DNA of 64,000 nt from NCBI RefSeq assembly GCF_009914755.1, contig NC_060927.1; one strand, written 5' to 3'. Shown piece by piece: positions 1 to 12,450 of this stretch; the stretch's first letter is position 1; each line of letters opens with the position of its first letter. The DNA is from the human T2T-CHM13v2.0 reference genome, Homo sapiens. The notes beneath the pieces are model-generated. The model had not been told where the DNA came from. It did no database searches and worked only from the letters and a program-made list of their open reading frames with translations. A program made the position numbers and the translations under genes.

Positions 1-1107
1 CATTTAGACTTATACATGCTTTGCATTAGCACATCTCAGCATGCATATTCTGTTCTCAGTATTCTTAATGCCCATAGGGGGTATCTCATCAACCATAGTT
101 ATTCTATTTCTGGGGCAGTAATATCAAAACAGTGATGTTTTATCAGCATTATTGATTTGTTCTAGTATCAGATTTTTATCAATAATAACCTTAGCAAACT
201 ACTCAATGATATTTTCTGGTGCTTCATAATTAGTAGATTCCTTATTGCCACAAAACTTTAAAAATGTAATGTCATGTCTTCCCATAAACTCCTACAACTA
301 GCCTGTTGAATATTCACAATTCCCTTCAATTTCAGTCCACTATTTGTTTGTTTGCTTACTTCATGATCAGCATATGATTAAGTGGCATGTGTTCACTGCA
401 ACATAAATGGATTCACTCTTTCAATACATAATCAAGATTTTTTAGATTTATGCAATTTTTTTTAATTTTCATTAACTCCTGTTTATCATTTCAGCATAGA
501 AATTTAACAGTTTATCTTTCTGTTTTCTTCAAGTCATCTACGGTGGTCATCCCAATACCATACTCTTTTGTATGATGTTTCATACTTACATCACTGTCCA
601 GTCTTCCCAACAGCCTTACTTTCTGTGCTATCGATAAACACAAACGCTTCTTATTTTTCTTCTAGTGGTTACTGATAGTGGTATCAACAGATCTTTTTGA
701 CATTTTTAGCAATATCTTTACATCACAGAGCAGAGAACAAGCAAAAATCCACAGCAAATAATGCATGTATGTCTTGGCCCCTTGTGTGGCATTTGGGGAA
801 ACTTCCATTGCTGCATCTAGCCTGCACACTGATATTTTATTAGTATTTGTGGCTATGCTTGTATGGGGAAATCCGAGGATACATGGAAAAGATATATCAT
901 AGATGAAGGAGAGAAGGGGACTTGGAAGATTTTCTTTCCCTTAGGGACACTAAAGAAACTGTGTGAGTGCACATACATTTTGACTGCAAACTATCACAGA
1001 AGGTCAGTTGTAAAATTTTCTACTCGTGGCATCATGTTGGTGCTCAAAAATTTTAGATGTTTGAGAAGTTTGGATTTCAGATGTTTAAATTAGAGATGCT
1101 CAACCTC
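1..1107 (-). mobile_element. Tigger4 (Zombi/MER46 family) DNA transposon, 5' part with decayed transposase
   Basis: Terminal ...gatttcagatgtttaaattagagatgctcaacct(c)ta matches the Tigger4 TIR followed by TA. The minus strand from ATG at 703 reads MSKR..KKRLCLSIAQKVRLLGRLDS..EYGIGMTTVDDLKK, later VLKE*IH..CEYSTG..RHDI: a Jerky/CENP-B-like HTH region with stops and frameshifts. Runs off the window start. Confidence 0.85.
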
Positions 1108-1129
1108 TAAGAGAATAATCTGAGTAATT

Positions 1130-3545
1130 GTATATCAAAAAATGGAATAACTTACAGGAATAAATGAATTCCTAGACATATACAACCTACCAAAACTGAA
1201 TAATGAAGAAAAAGAAAGTATGAACAGAGCAATAACTAAGGAGATTAAATCAGCAATGAAAATGTTTTTCATGAAAGAAAAGCCAAGAACTTGATGGCTT
1301 CACTGCTAGCTTCTACCAACCCTTAACAAAACAAAACATGACTAATACCAATTTTCAAAAAAAAAGTTTTACAAAAAAATCAAAGAGGTAGGAATATTTT
1401 CTAACTCTTTTCATGAGACCGAATTACCCTGATGCTAAAGCCAGATGAGGGCATCAAAAGAAAAGTAAACTATAGGCCAACATTCTCAATGAACACAGAT
1501 GCATACATCCTCAACAAAATACTAGCAAGCCAAATTCTATAACATGTTGAAAGGACACACTTTAAAAGCAGTGATAACTTTACTTATTCTTTTCCTGTTT
1601 GCATACTTTTAATTTCCTTTTCTTAAATGCTCTGACAAGGATTTCTAATACTATGTTAAATAGAAATGGTGACAATGGGCATCTTCTGCTGTTTCGGATC
1701 TTAAAGAAATTCAAATTTTTCATCACTGGGTATTACATAAGCTGTTGGTTTGTTCTCTATGGCTTTTATTGTATTGAAGTACATTTCTTCCATAGCTAAT
1801 TTGCTGACTATTTTTATCATAAGACAATCCTGCCAGTCAGCATAAAGACTTAAACCTAAAACCTAAAACTGTAAAACTACTAGAGGAAAACATAGGGGAT
1901 AAAACTACATGACCTTTGTCTGGGCAATAATTTTTTATTTAGCTTTGACCTCAAGAGTGTAGGCAACAAAAGCAAAAATAGACAAATGGGATTACATTAG
2001 AATAAAAACCTTCTCCATAAGAAAGGAAAATATTAACAGAGTAGAGTATATATTAGTCCATTTTTATTGCTATAAAGACATACCTGAGGCTAGGTAATTT
2101 ATAAAGAAAAGAAGTTTATTTGACTCACAGTTCTGAAGGCTATATAAGAAGCATGTCACCAGCATCCGCTTCTGGTGAGGGCTTTAGGAAGCTTTCAATC
2201 ACAGAGAAAGGCAAAGGGGAAGAAAGTGTGTCATGCAGTGACAGAGCAAGAAAGAGAGAAGGAAAAGAGGGAGGTCCCAGACTTTTAAACAATCGGATCT
2301 CATGTGAACTAATTGAGGAAGAACTCACTCATTACTAAGGGTTGGGTACCAAAGCCGGTCCATAAGGCATCTGCCTCCATAACACAAATACTTCCCAGCA
2401 GAATCCACTTCTAACCTGAGATTTGGAGAGGACAAATATTCAAATTATATCAAGAGATAACCTACAGACTGGAAGAAAATATTTGCAAGCCATACATTTG
2501 ATAAGGAATTAATATCCAAAATACATAAGGAACTTAACTCTACAGAAGAAAAAACAAATAATCCAATGAAGAAATGGACAAACTATCTAAATAGACATAT
2601 TTCAAAAGAAGATATACAAATGATTAACAGATACATTAAATAATGCTCAACATCACTAATCATTAAAGAGAAGCAAATTAAAACCACAGTGATATATTAC
2701 TTTACATGTGTTAGAATGTCTCTTATCAAAACAAAACAAAAACAAAATATAACAAGTTGGTAAGGATGTGGTAAAAAGGGGACCCTTGTACATTGGAAGT
2801 GGGAATGCAAACTAGTACAAGTATTACGAAAAACTCTATGAAAGCTTCTCAAAAAACTAAAAATAGAATTACCATATGTGATTCAGCAATCCCATTTCTG
2901 GGTATTTACCTGAGAGGTCTGAAATCAGTATGTTAAACATACATCTGCAAACCCGTGTTTATCACAGTGCTATTCACAATAGCTGAGTTATGACATCAAC
3001 CTAAGTGTTTATCACCAAATGAATGGATAAAGTAAATGTGGTAAATATACACAATGGAATAATATTGCACCATAAAAGAATTCTGTAACTTATGAAAACA
3101 TGGATAAAATTGGAAAACCTTATGCTAAGTGAAATAAGGCAAACATTGAAACACAAGAGCTACTGGTTCTCACTTATATGTGGAATCTAAATCAAACTCA
3201 TGGAAACAATGAGTGGAATAGTGGTTACCAGGGTCTGGGGGGTATGGTAGGGAGAATGGAATGAAAATAAAAAGGTAGAAAATTTCAGTTATGTCAGAGA
3301 AATAAGTTTGATGTTTTTTGAGACCTACTGCACAGCACAGTGAATATAGCTAGTAGTTGGGTACTTACATTGCAATATTGTTAACACATATCAAGTGTTA
3401 TCATCACATAAAACTGTCAAATATTTGAGGTGATGGGCAAGTTAGTTGCTTGATTTAATGATTTGGCATTGCATCAAAAAGTGGTAACTTCACTTTTTAC
3501 CCTATAAATATATCCAACTATAATTTACCAAAAAATATATTTTTA
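1130..3545 (+). mobile_element. Old L1 (L1MA-type) ORF2 and 3'UTR, with an internal inverted segment (~1560-1830) and an MST insertion
   Basis: ORF2 motifs (ttcctagacatatacaacctaccaaaactgaa; ataaagacttaaacctaaaacc; cagcaatcccatttctgggtatttacc) and an L1MA-like 3' end (tgaggtgatgg...accctataaatatat). 1560-1830 is antisense ORF2. Confidence 0.8.
2049..2452 (-). mobile_element. MSTB-like MaLR solo LTR inserted in L1
   Basis: t(a)tattagtcc...gcttctggtgagggctttaggaagct...caaattatatca; L1 sequence resumes on both sides (aacagagtagag / agagataacctacaga). Confidence 0.8.
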
Positions 3546-3671
3546 CAATGTTAAAATACCCTTTTTGTAGAGATTGTGGGGGTTCACTTTGGGTGCAGTA
3601 TTTGCAGGGAGTCCAGGTTCATGTCTTCCACTACTGTGATAGAACATATCGCTGCTTTTAAACAACAGATA

Positions 3672-3754
3672 TTTTTTTCTTTTTTCTTTTTTATTATACT
3701 TTAACTTCTGGAGTACATGTGCAGAACGTGCAGTTTTGTTACGTAGGTATACAC
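3672..3754 (-). mobile_element. Very short L1PA (PA7/8-like) 3' end with poly(A) tail
   Basis: T-rich tract then ttattatactttaacttctggagtacatgtgcagaacgtgcag...taggtatacac. TSD aaaatacccttt at 3553-3564 and 3755-3766. Confidence 0.85.
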
Positions 3755-4233
3755 AAAATACCCTTTAAAAATAAAATCTTCTAGACTTTTTTTAAAATAG
3801 GTCCACCATCTGCTCTTTCTTTGAGAGTTTCTATTGGTTTATTTTTTTTTTCCTTTGAATATCCATCCTTTACTTGTTTTTTGTTTTAGCAAGCTTTGTA
3901 ATTTTTGTTGTTGTTAAAATTGGATGATTGAATCTAACAATGTGGTAACTCTGAAAATCGGATTCTCCCCATTCCCCAATGTTGTAGTCTGATTACATCT
4001 CAAGGTTCATCCTGAGGTGAAAACTGAAGTTCCTCTCAGGTCTTTTTTGAGCCCGCACCTTTCTCTGGGAATACACAGTGACTCTCTAATTTCTTCAAGA
4101 TACACAATTGATTTTAATGTCCTAGTCAATAATGGCTTCCAAAATGGGAAAAGGAGAAACATTAAAGAGGAAAGAAAGACTCCAGCTCTATAATTCCCCT
4201 GGAAGTAGGAGAAGGGTGTTCAATAATGGTTGC

Positions 4234-7200
4234 TGTCTTAGTGTATGATATGGTTTGGCTGTGTCCCCGCCAAAATCTCATCTTGAATTGTAGTTCCCAT
4301 AATCTCCATGTGTCGTGGGAGGGGCCCAGTGGGAGAGTAACTTAATCATGGGGCAGTTTACCTCATGCTGTTCTCATGAATGTGAGTTACTACTCATAAG
4401 ATCTGATGGTTTTATAATGGACTTCTCCCCCTTTTGCTTGGTACTTCTCCTTGCTGCTGCCATGTGAAAAAGGATGTGTTTTCTTCCCCTTCTGCCATGA
4501 GTGTAACCTTCCTGGGGCCTCCCAGCCATGCTGAACTGTGAGTCACTTAAATCTCTTTCCTTTATAAATTACCCAGTCTTGAGTATGTATTTATTAGGAG
4601 CATGAGAATGGGCTAATACAATAAATTGGTACCGGTAGAGTGCCGCTATAAGGACACCTGGAAATGTGGAAGTGACTTTTGAACTGAGTAACAGACAGAG
4701 GTTGGAACAGTTTAGAGGATTCAGAAGAAGAAAGGAAAATGTGGGAAAGTTTAGAACTTCCTAGAGACTTGTTGATTGCCTTTGACCAAAATGCTGACAG
4801 TGATATGGACAATGAAGTCTAGGCTGAGGTGGTCTCAGATGGAGATGAGGAACTTGGGAACTGGAGTAAAGGTCACTCTTGCTATGCAAAGAGACTGGCC
4901 GCTTTTGGTTCATGCCCTAGAGATCTGTGGAACTTTGAACCTGAATGAGATTATGTGGGGTCTCTAGCAGAAGAAATTTCTAAGGGGTGAAGTGTCCAAG
5001 AGGAAGCAGAGCATAAAAGTTTGAAAAATTTGCAGCCTGATGATGTGATAAAAAAGAAAAACCCATTTCCTGGGGAAAAATTCAAGCCAGATGCAGAAAT
5101 TTGCATAAGTAACAAGGAGCTGAATGTTAATCATCAAGACAATAATGAAAATGTCTCCAGGGCATGTCAGAGACCTTCATGGCAGGCCCTCCCATCATAG
5201 GCCTGGAGGCCTAGGAGGGAAAAGTGGTTTTCTGGGCTGGGTCCAGGATCCTGCTGTTGTGTGCAGGCTCGAGAAAGCATCCAGCTGCTCCAGCTATGGC
5301 TAAAAGGCACCAAGGCACAACTGAGAATGTTGCTTCAAAGGGTACAAGCCCCCAGTTTTGACATCTTCTATGTGGCATTGGTCCTGTGGGTGGGAAGAAT
5401 ATAAGAATTGAAGTTTGGGAACCTCCACCTAGATTTTAGAGGATGTATGGAAAGGCATGTGCGTCCACAGTGGAGCCCTCATAGAGAACCTGTGCTAAGG
5501 CAGTGAAGAAGGGAAATGTGGGTTCAGAGCCCCCATACAGAGTTCCCCACTAAAGCACTGCCTAGTAGAACTGTGAGAAGAGGGCCACCATCCTCCAAAC
5601 CCCAGAATGGGACATCCACTGACAGCTTGCACCATGTGTCTGGACAAGCCACAGACACTCAATGCCAGCCCATGAAATCAGCCAGGATGGGAGCTGTACC
5701 CTGCAAATCCTCAGAGGCAGAGCTGTCCAAGGCTGTGGGAGCCCACCTCTGGAATCAGCATGACCTGAATATGAGACCTGGAGTCAAAGGAGATTATTTT
5801 GGAACTTTAAGATTTAATGACTGCCCTATTGGATTTCAGACTTGCATGGAGCCTGTAACCCCTTTGTTTTGGCCAATTTCTCCCATTTGGAATGGGTGTA
5901 TTTACCCAATGCCTGTATCCTCATTGTATCTAGGAAGTAACTAACTTGTTTTTACAGGCATTGGCAGAAGAGACTTGCCTGTCACAGATGAGACATTGGA
6001 TTTGGACTTAGAGTTAATTCTGAAATGAATTAAGTCTTTGGAGTAATTGTTGGAAAGGCATGATTGGGTTTTAAAATGTGAGGATGTAAGATTTCAGAGG
6101 GGGCAGGGGCAGAATGATATGGTTTGGCTGTATACCCACCAAAATCTAATCTTGTAGTTCCCATGATCGCCACATATCATGAGAGGGACCCCGTAGGAAG
6201 TAATGTAATCAGGGGGGCAGTTAGTCTTATACTGTTCTCATAACAGTGAGTGAGTTTTCACTAGATCTGATGGTTTTATAAGGGACTTTTTCCCCTTTTG
6301 CTCAGCATTTCTCCTTGCTGCCACCATGTGAAGGACCTGTTTGCTTACTCTTCTGCCATGATTGTAAGTTTCCTGAGCCCTCGCCAGCCATGCTGAACTG
6401 CAAGTCAATTAAACCTCTTTTCTTATAAATTACCCAGTCTCAGGTATATCTTTATTAGCAGTGTGAGAATGGACTAATACAGTCTATTTGGGCTACTATA
6501 ACAAAAATATCATAAATTGGGTGGTTTATAAACAACATAATTTAATTTTTCAGAGTTTTGGAAGCTGAGAACACTAACATCATGGCCCTGGCAGATTTGA
6601 TGTCTGGTGAGGGGCTTCTTCCTCATAAGTGATGAAAGCAGTGACAGATCTCTCTTGGACCTCTTTTACAAGGCAGTTATTCCATTCTGAAGTCTTTACC
6701 CTCAGGACCAACTAACCTCTCAAAAGCCCCACCTCCAAATATTATAACCTTAGAGATTAGGATTTCAACATAAAAATTTTCGGCAACACGAATATTATAA
6801 CATTCCACTTCTGGACTCCCAAATTTTATGCTCTTCATACATGCAAAATGCATTCATTTCATCCCACTAGGCTCAAAAGTCCTAACTCGTTCCATTATCA
6901 ACTTAAAAGTTTGACGTATTATCTAAATATTTTCTAACTCAGATATGGGTGGGACTTAAGGTATCTTTAATTTTGATGCAAATTGATCTTGAGTTGTAAA
7001 ACTCTGAAATTAAACATGTTGTATAAGATGGGCAAAAAAATAGGCACTGTCATTCCAAAAGAGAGAAACAAACAACAAAAAAAGAAATGACAGATCTCAA
7101 GCAGATCTAAAACCTAACATTCAATCTTAACAATTAAGAATAATCTTATCTGACTATCTTCTTTGGCTTGATGCTCTGCCTTTGGCCCACTAATGGCTGT

Positions 7201-7932
7201 AGATCCACTTTCAGGCCCACTGCAGTGGAGACCCTGGACCTACAGCTTCTGTGTAGGAGTAGGGCTCATGGTTTTGCTGAGTGAAGGCCACATCACAGCT
7301 CTCACAGGTTGGAGTAACATGCCTACAACTTTTCCATGCTGGAATTACTTGCTGAGAGCTCTACAGATTTGAGGTCCTGGAAGTGGCCCTGCCACCACAG
7401 CTCCACTGGGAATAGCACTTGCAGCATTATGGCCTGCTGGAGCCACCCCTGGGGCAGTGGAGGAACACGGCTGTAAAGGGTAAGAAGTGAAGCCCATGAT
7501 GTGAAGCAGGGCTGGGCAGCAGCTTCCTCTCTGTTGTAATTCTTCAGCTCTTGATACCCCCTTCTTTGTATCAATTTTTTAGTCCATTCAGGCTGTTATA
7601 ACCATATATGCCCAAACTGGGTAGTTTATGGACAACAAAAATTTATTTGCACATTTCTGGAGCAGTCCAACATCATGGCACCACCAGAATGGTGTCTGGT
7701 GAGGGACAGTTCCTCATAGACAGTGCTTTATTGCTTTGTCTTCACATGATGGAAAGGGTGAGGGGTCTGTCTCATGCATTGTTTATAGGAACACTAATCC
7801 CATTCATGAGGATTCCACCCCCATGACCTAATCACCACTGAAATTTCCCACCTCTTAGTACTATTATTTTAAGTAATACGTAGGATTTCAACATATGAAT
7901 TTTAGAGGAATACAAACCTTCAGATTACAGCA
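4234..7932 (-). mobile_element. MLT1A/MLT1A0 MaLR provirus: LTR 4234-6802 (split by THE1C), internal ~6803-7570, LTR ~7575-7932
   Basis: tgtcttagt..|..tttgggctactataacaaaa rejoin across THE1C; second LTR ttagtccattcaggctgttataac...cagattacagca; degenerate 5-bp TSD gttgc/gtttc. Confidence 0.8.
4246..6481 (+). mobile_element. Full-length THE1C-like provirus: 5'LTR 4246-4620, internal 4621-6114, 3'LTR 6115-6481
   Basis: Both LTRs start tgatatggtttggctg and end ctaataca; internal begins ataaattggtacc and ends in a purine tract; TSD gtgta/gtcta. Confidence 0.92.
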
Positions 7933-10079
7933 GTTTCCCATCTCTATATCTATACCTCTTTAATGAGAGGCATCAGTCAATGATCAGAACACAGATCCCT
8001 GATTTTGGGGGAACAGAGTCCTTATTGCCCACTGTGGCTCCTGCAAGCTATGCAAGCTGCTCCAGGAACATGTGTGCAGCCACTTACCATGGGGTATGGG
8101 TGCAGAGGATGATGAGGGCTGTAAACTAAGAGCTGAAATTGACTGAATTAACCACAATTTTATATCCAAACGTTCCCTTAGAAGTTGCAAAGCATCAATA
8201 GACTCCATGGTTCCAAAATAGTTATATCAGACAAACTGCCAGTGCAATTACTTTCTATGTGGTTAAACAGATTCCTGGTACTTCCTACTCTTCCATCTTC
8301 CCAGGACTCTGTTGCTTCTTTTTCCCTTTTTTACCTTAGAACATCATGCTCAGTTAACCAACTTCACAAATTACTGTGGATCAAGCTTTTTTGGCTGTCC
8401 ATTTTGTTATAGTAATTATGACATCTTGACTTCTGATGATTAAGCATTAGCACTTGACACTCATTAATTTGAAGCCCTGTCAACTCCATCAATATTAATG
8501 AGCCTAGCTCTTCATTGCTTTACCTACCATCAGGCAGGACCGGTGGAGGAAAACCGCCAATCTTCCTAGCAACACTATCACCCATCTCACCAACACAATT
8601 CTGGTGGACTTCCTGAATGGTGTATCTTCTGAGCCCCCTCATGGAACATAAATTTTGTTGCATCACAGTTGACTATCAAGTGAGACTACCATTTATTGCT
8701 TAGAGAGAGGGAAAGTACAGTTCCTCAAAAAGAAGTTAATTAAATGTTGAGATTATTTTTAAAACTCATGACAGAGACTACAGATTTAAATCAAAAGCAT
8801 TTTTGTTTGCATAGCACAACACTATGAAAGAGAAGATTCACTTCAGAATTTTAAAACTTGGCCCAGTGTATTCTGATCAAAGCTTGAGTGCACTGACACA
8901 TAACCTTATATCATAGTATATAAGGTTAAAAAAAGATAATATAATGGCATAAACATTTGTTTCATCCTACAGTGGCCAACCAAGAAGGTATTTTGTGATT
9001 TAATATGACTGGGAAATGAGAGCAAGTGTAAGTCCCTGCTGCCTATCGTCCTCTTAGGAAACAAACCAAAGAGAATTAATACAAACCCCTAGATAATTCT
9101 GGAAATGTGAGAGGAGGTTTATTTCATATTATTGATTTGAGTTTCTGGCAAGAGGCAATTTCCAGTTACCCATACCAAATATCATTACCACAATATTATA
9201 ATGAAGACAGAGAATTAGATACCCAAACTCATCTTACGCCTTCAAATATTCTTTCTGCTTCTACAGGGTAGGGAGAATATAAAAAAAACATATCCAAATG
9301 AAGCATAAAATACTACTCAGAGTTGAGAGTTAGATGCTTGTCAGGGAGTGTTAGTAGCAAAACGTGAAGAAGCTGTAGACTTGAGAATGTGAAATAGATG
9401 GGCAAAGTGGGAGCTGATCAATGGTAAGTATGGGACTCAGAGACCAGTAGTGGCAGCAATAGCTGAGGTTGGAAGCTGAGTCAATAGGAATAGATTACTT
9501 AATTCTTCATATTTAACACCATGGATTGTTTATGTTAAAAGGAGAGAGATAGTGATCACTACTCACTATACATATCTGCCACAATACCTGCGGCATAATG
9601 TATCGTGTTCACAATACATATATGCCACAATACCTGTCAATGTTGAAAGAACATAAGAACAATGAACAAGAAAATGCTGAATTTAACTAAGCCCCTATCT
9701 AGTCATAGATCTGAATCTAATAGTTAAAATACTTGGTTGAGGTGAATTGGCAAGATCGAATTGTTATTAGAAATGGGGTTTTTTGTAGAGTAAAATTTTA
9801 TAAAATTTCATATTTGTGCAATTCTATAGTCTACAAAACATTGCTTCACATGTTTAGCAAAAGATATATGAAATGGAAACAGTCTGTTGTTGATTTTAAA
9901 CACTGCCTATACTATTGAAAGAGAGAAAACTAGCTTTCGAGAGATACTTTTACTAAAATGCTACAAAAGCTAATTTAATATTATATTTTTATTAAAATAT
10001 ACATAACATATAAAGTAAATGCTATATCACTGGCTACAGTAGAATAGCTTGTGGCAGAACATTATTGCTGGTAAGAACT

Positions 10080-10270
10080 AGAAAAGTAAGAAGAAAAAAA
10101 TAGAGGGAGAGAAGAAAGGAGGGAAGTAAAGAAGAGGTAAGGAAGGAAGGAAGCAGAGAAGGAGGGAAAGAGGGCAGGAGGGAAGGAGGGAAGGTGGGAA
10201 GGAGGGAAGGAAGGAAGGAAGGAACGAAGCAAGTGAGGGAGGGGAAGGGAAGAAAAGAAGGAAGGCAGGT
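10080..10270 (+). repeat. GA-rich low-complexity / degenerate (GGAA)n tract
   Basis: Almost pure purine run, ggaaggaaggaaggaa around 10205-10225. Confidence 0.9.
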
Positions 10271-10729
10271 AGGCCAAGCGCATGTTTTGAGGGCACCTAA
10301 GAGCTACTGAGGCAACCAGGACTTGAAAGCCTAGAGCAAAGGAAATAAGGAAATATAAATGTGAATCAAAATTTTCTGAGTAGCTGTCCCCACATGGATT
10401 GTGCTTAATTTTGAGTAAGGTATATGTCTGAAAACTCTGAAATAATATCACACTTAAAATATGGAAAAGCCAACAAAATTTAGGAAAAGATCATAGTGCT
10501 GATGTCAAAAATGGATTTTAGACATTTTCAGGTAACAGCACTGGAGGGGACATGATCCAGAAAGAGAGAAGTGAGGAACCTGTCTCAGCAAGTTTTTCCC
10601 CTCAAAGCATTAGCTGATTTCTTAATGTGCTGAGAGCCAGACATTAAGAACGAAAGCAAAAAGTCAATAAAAAGCACACCAGAATTTTTGCAGTCTCACA
10701 TTGCTGAGAAGATAAAAATTGGAGTTCAG

Positions 10730-11354
10730 CACTTATACACTGTTGGTTGGAATGAAAATTAGTCTAGCCACTGTGAAAAGCAGACTGGAGATTTCTCAAA
10801 GACCTTAAAACAGAGCTACAATTTGACCCAGCAATCCCATACCTATGTATATAGCCAAAAGAAAATAAATCATTCTACCAAAACACATATGCTCTCCTAT
10901 GTTCGTTGCTGCACTATTCACAGTGGCAAAGACATGAAATCAACCCGGGTGCCCATAAAAGGTAAATGTAATAAAGAAAATGTTGTACATATACACCATG
11001 GGTTACTATACGGTCATAAAAAACAAATAAAATCACATCCTTTCCAGCAACATGGATGAAGCTGGAGGCCATAATTCTAAACAATTTGATGCAGGAACAG
11101 AAAACCAAATACTTTGCATGTTGTCATTTATAAGGGGGAGCTAAACATGGAGCACATACGAACATAAATGTGGAAACAATAGACGCTGTGGACTACCAAA
11201 TGGTGGAGGGAGAGGCTGGGTTAAGAAATCTTCCATTAGCTACTACGCTCACTACGTGAGTGTGGGATCCATATTCCAAACCTCAGCATCATGCAGTATT
11301 CCCTTGTAACAAATCTACACATGCACTTCCTGTATCTAAAATAAAAGTAGGAAA
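10730..11354 (+). mobile_element. 5'-truncated L1PB-type 3' end
   Basis: cacttatacactgttggttggaatg...atttgacccagcaatccc...aacctcagcatcatgcagtatt...tatctaaaataaaag. TSD aaaa(t/a)tggagttcag at 10715-10729 and 11355-11369. Confidence 0.85.
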
Positions 11355-11444
11355 AAAAATGGAGTTCAGGACCTGTCAAAAAGGAAGGCCTCTACTAACT
11401 ATGCCAAATTCCACTTGGGACCTAGTGAGACTTAATCTTAAGAA

Positions 11445-11925
11445 TATCAAGAAATGTGAAGGGACTAAGATTTTACCTGATAAGGAAGCCTGCTATAGTT
11501 TCACAGATGCTGCCAGAATACATGAGACTCCTGAATTAGAGACAAAACTTTATTACTCACAGCACAGCAGACAGTGCATTAGCTTTGGTTACTATTTCCC
11601 TGTAAGTCACATAGGAGCAATATAAAATCAGGTGCAGGGAGACGAAACAGTGTGTCTATGCCACAAGTGAGAATTATTAAGCTTAGAGTGCTGCCAGTCT
11701 TCTAAGGGACTTAATGGCAAACTTGCCTAACTTTTGCCTTTAAGTGAAATAGTGCCAATATTATTCTGAGCAGAAAAAAACAACAAATAAGCAAACAAAA
11801 CATCTACTGATTTTTAGCCTGGCGAGAAAAACTAACTTTATCTTCCAGGACTATTTTCTACACAAACATACTTAAAAATACAGTTTGGAAGAAAACTGTC
11901 ATTAGACATGCAGAAATGCCATGGA
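11445..11925. mobile_element. Old ERVL-class LTR (family uncertain)
   Basis: gtgaagggactaagattttacc...gtttcacagatgctgccagaatacatgagactcctg...tttattactcacagc resembles recalled ERVL LTR consensus. Confidence 0.5.
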
Positions 11926-12450
11926 GTGAAACAGAAGTAAACTGATCCTTACAAAACTGACAAGGCAAGTTCAAGGCAGGTCAGTCTCTGACTGTACTAA
12001 GATGATGTCCCCCAACACAGGCCACCTATTAAAAAATAAGATGACCTCTCACTGGAGAAAGAAAGCATAATCTGGCAACATGCAGTTTTTTATACAAAAT
12101 GTCTAGAGTGAAGATTATCAGGCATACAATTAGACCAGAAGAAAAAAAGAACCATAGATACAGATCTAAAAATGACCTCGTTTTTATATTTAAAGCCAAT
12201 ATTGCACAGTACAAACTTTTCGCTTTCATTGTTTTGTTTAAATATCCCGGTTACTTTTGATTTATAGAATGCAAATGAGGAATCACAGTAATTTATTAGT
12301 TGGCAATTTTCTTCCTTTGGGTAAATATTTATGTTTGTTATATGTTTGTTATGCCTTGTTATATTTATTTAAAACTAAAAAAAATTATCTAAGGTATGAA
12401 TGAAATAGTCTTTATATACATAGTATACACATTTTGGGAAACTCCTTTCT

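Larger units (their letters stand above)
3800..8305 (-). mobile_element. Ancient L1M 5' region split by the MLT1A/THE1C insertion (pieces ~3800-4233 and ~7933-8305)
   Basis: aatgtggtaactctgaaaatcggattctcccc and gatcagaacacagatccctgattttggggg...tactcttccatcttccc resemble antisense L1M 5'UTR. Confidence 0.55.

Noticed and set aside
1-703. Possible domesticated Jerky/TIGD-like gene
   Set aside because: Multiple stops and frameshifts, and the transposon TIR is retained: a decayed Tigger4 copy.
8901-8928. 11-bp perfect hairpin (and a 10-bp one at 33630-33654)
   Set aside because: AT-rich stems of this length plausibly occur by chance in 64 kb; no other support.
10062-10451. Low-complexity ORFs and possible GGAA-microsatellite enhancer
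   Set aside because: The ORFs are translations of a purine tract; only about four to five consecutive GGAA units are present.
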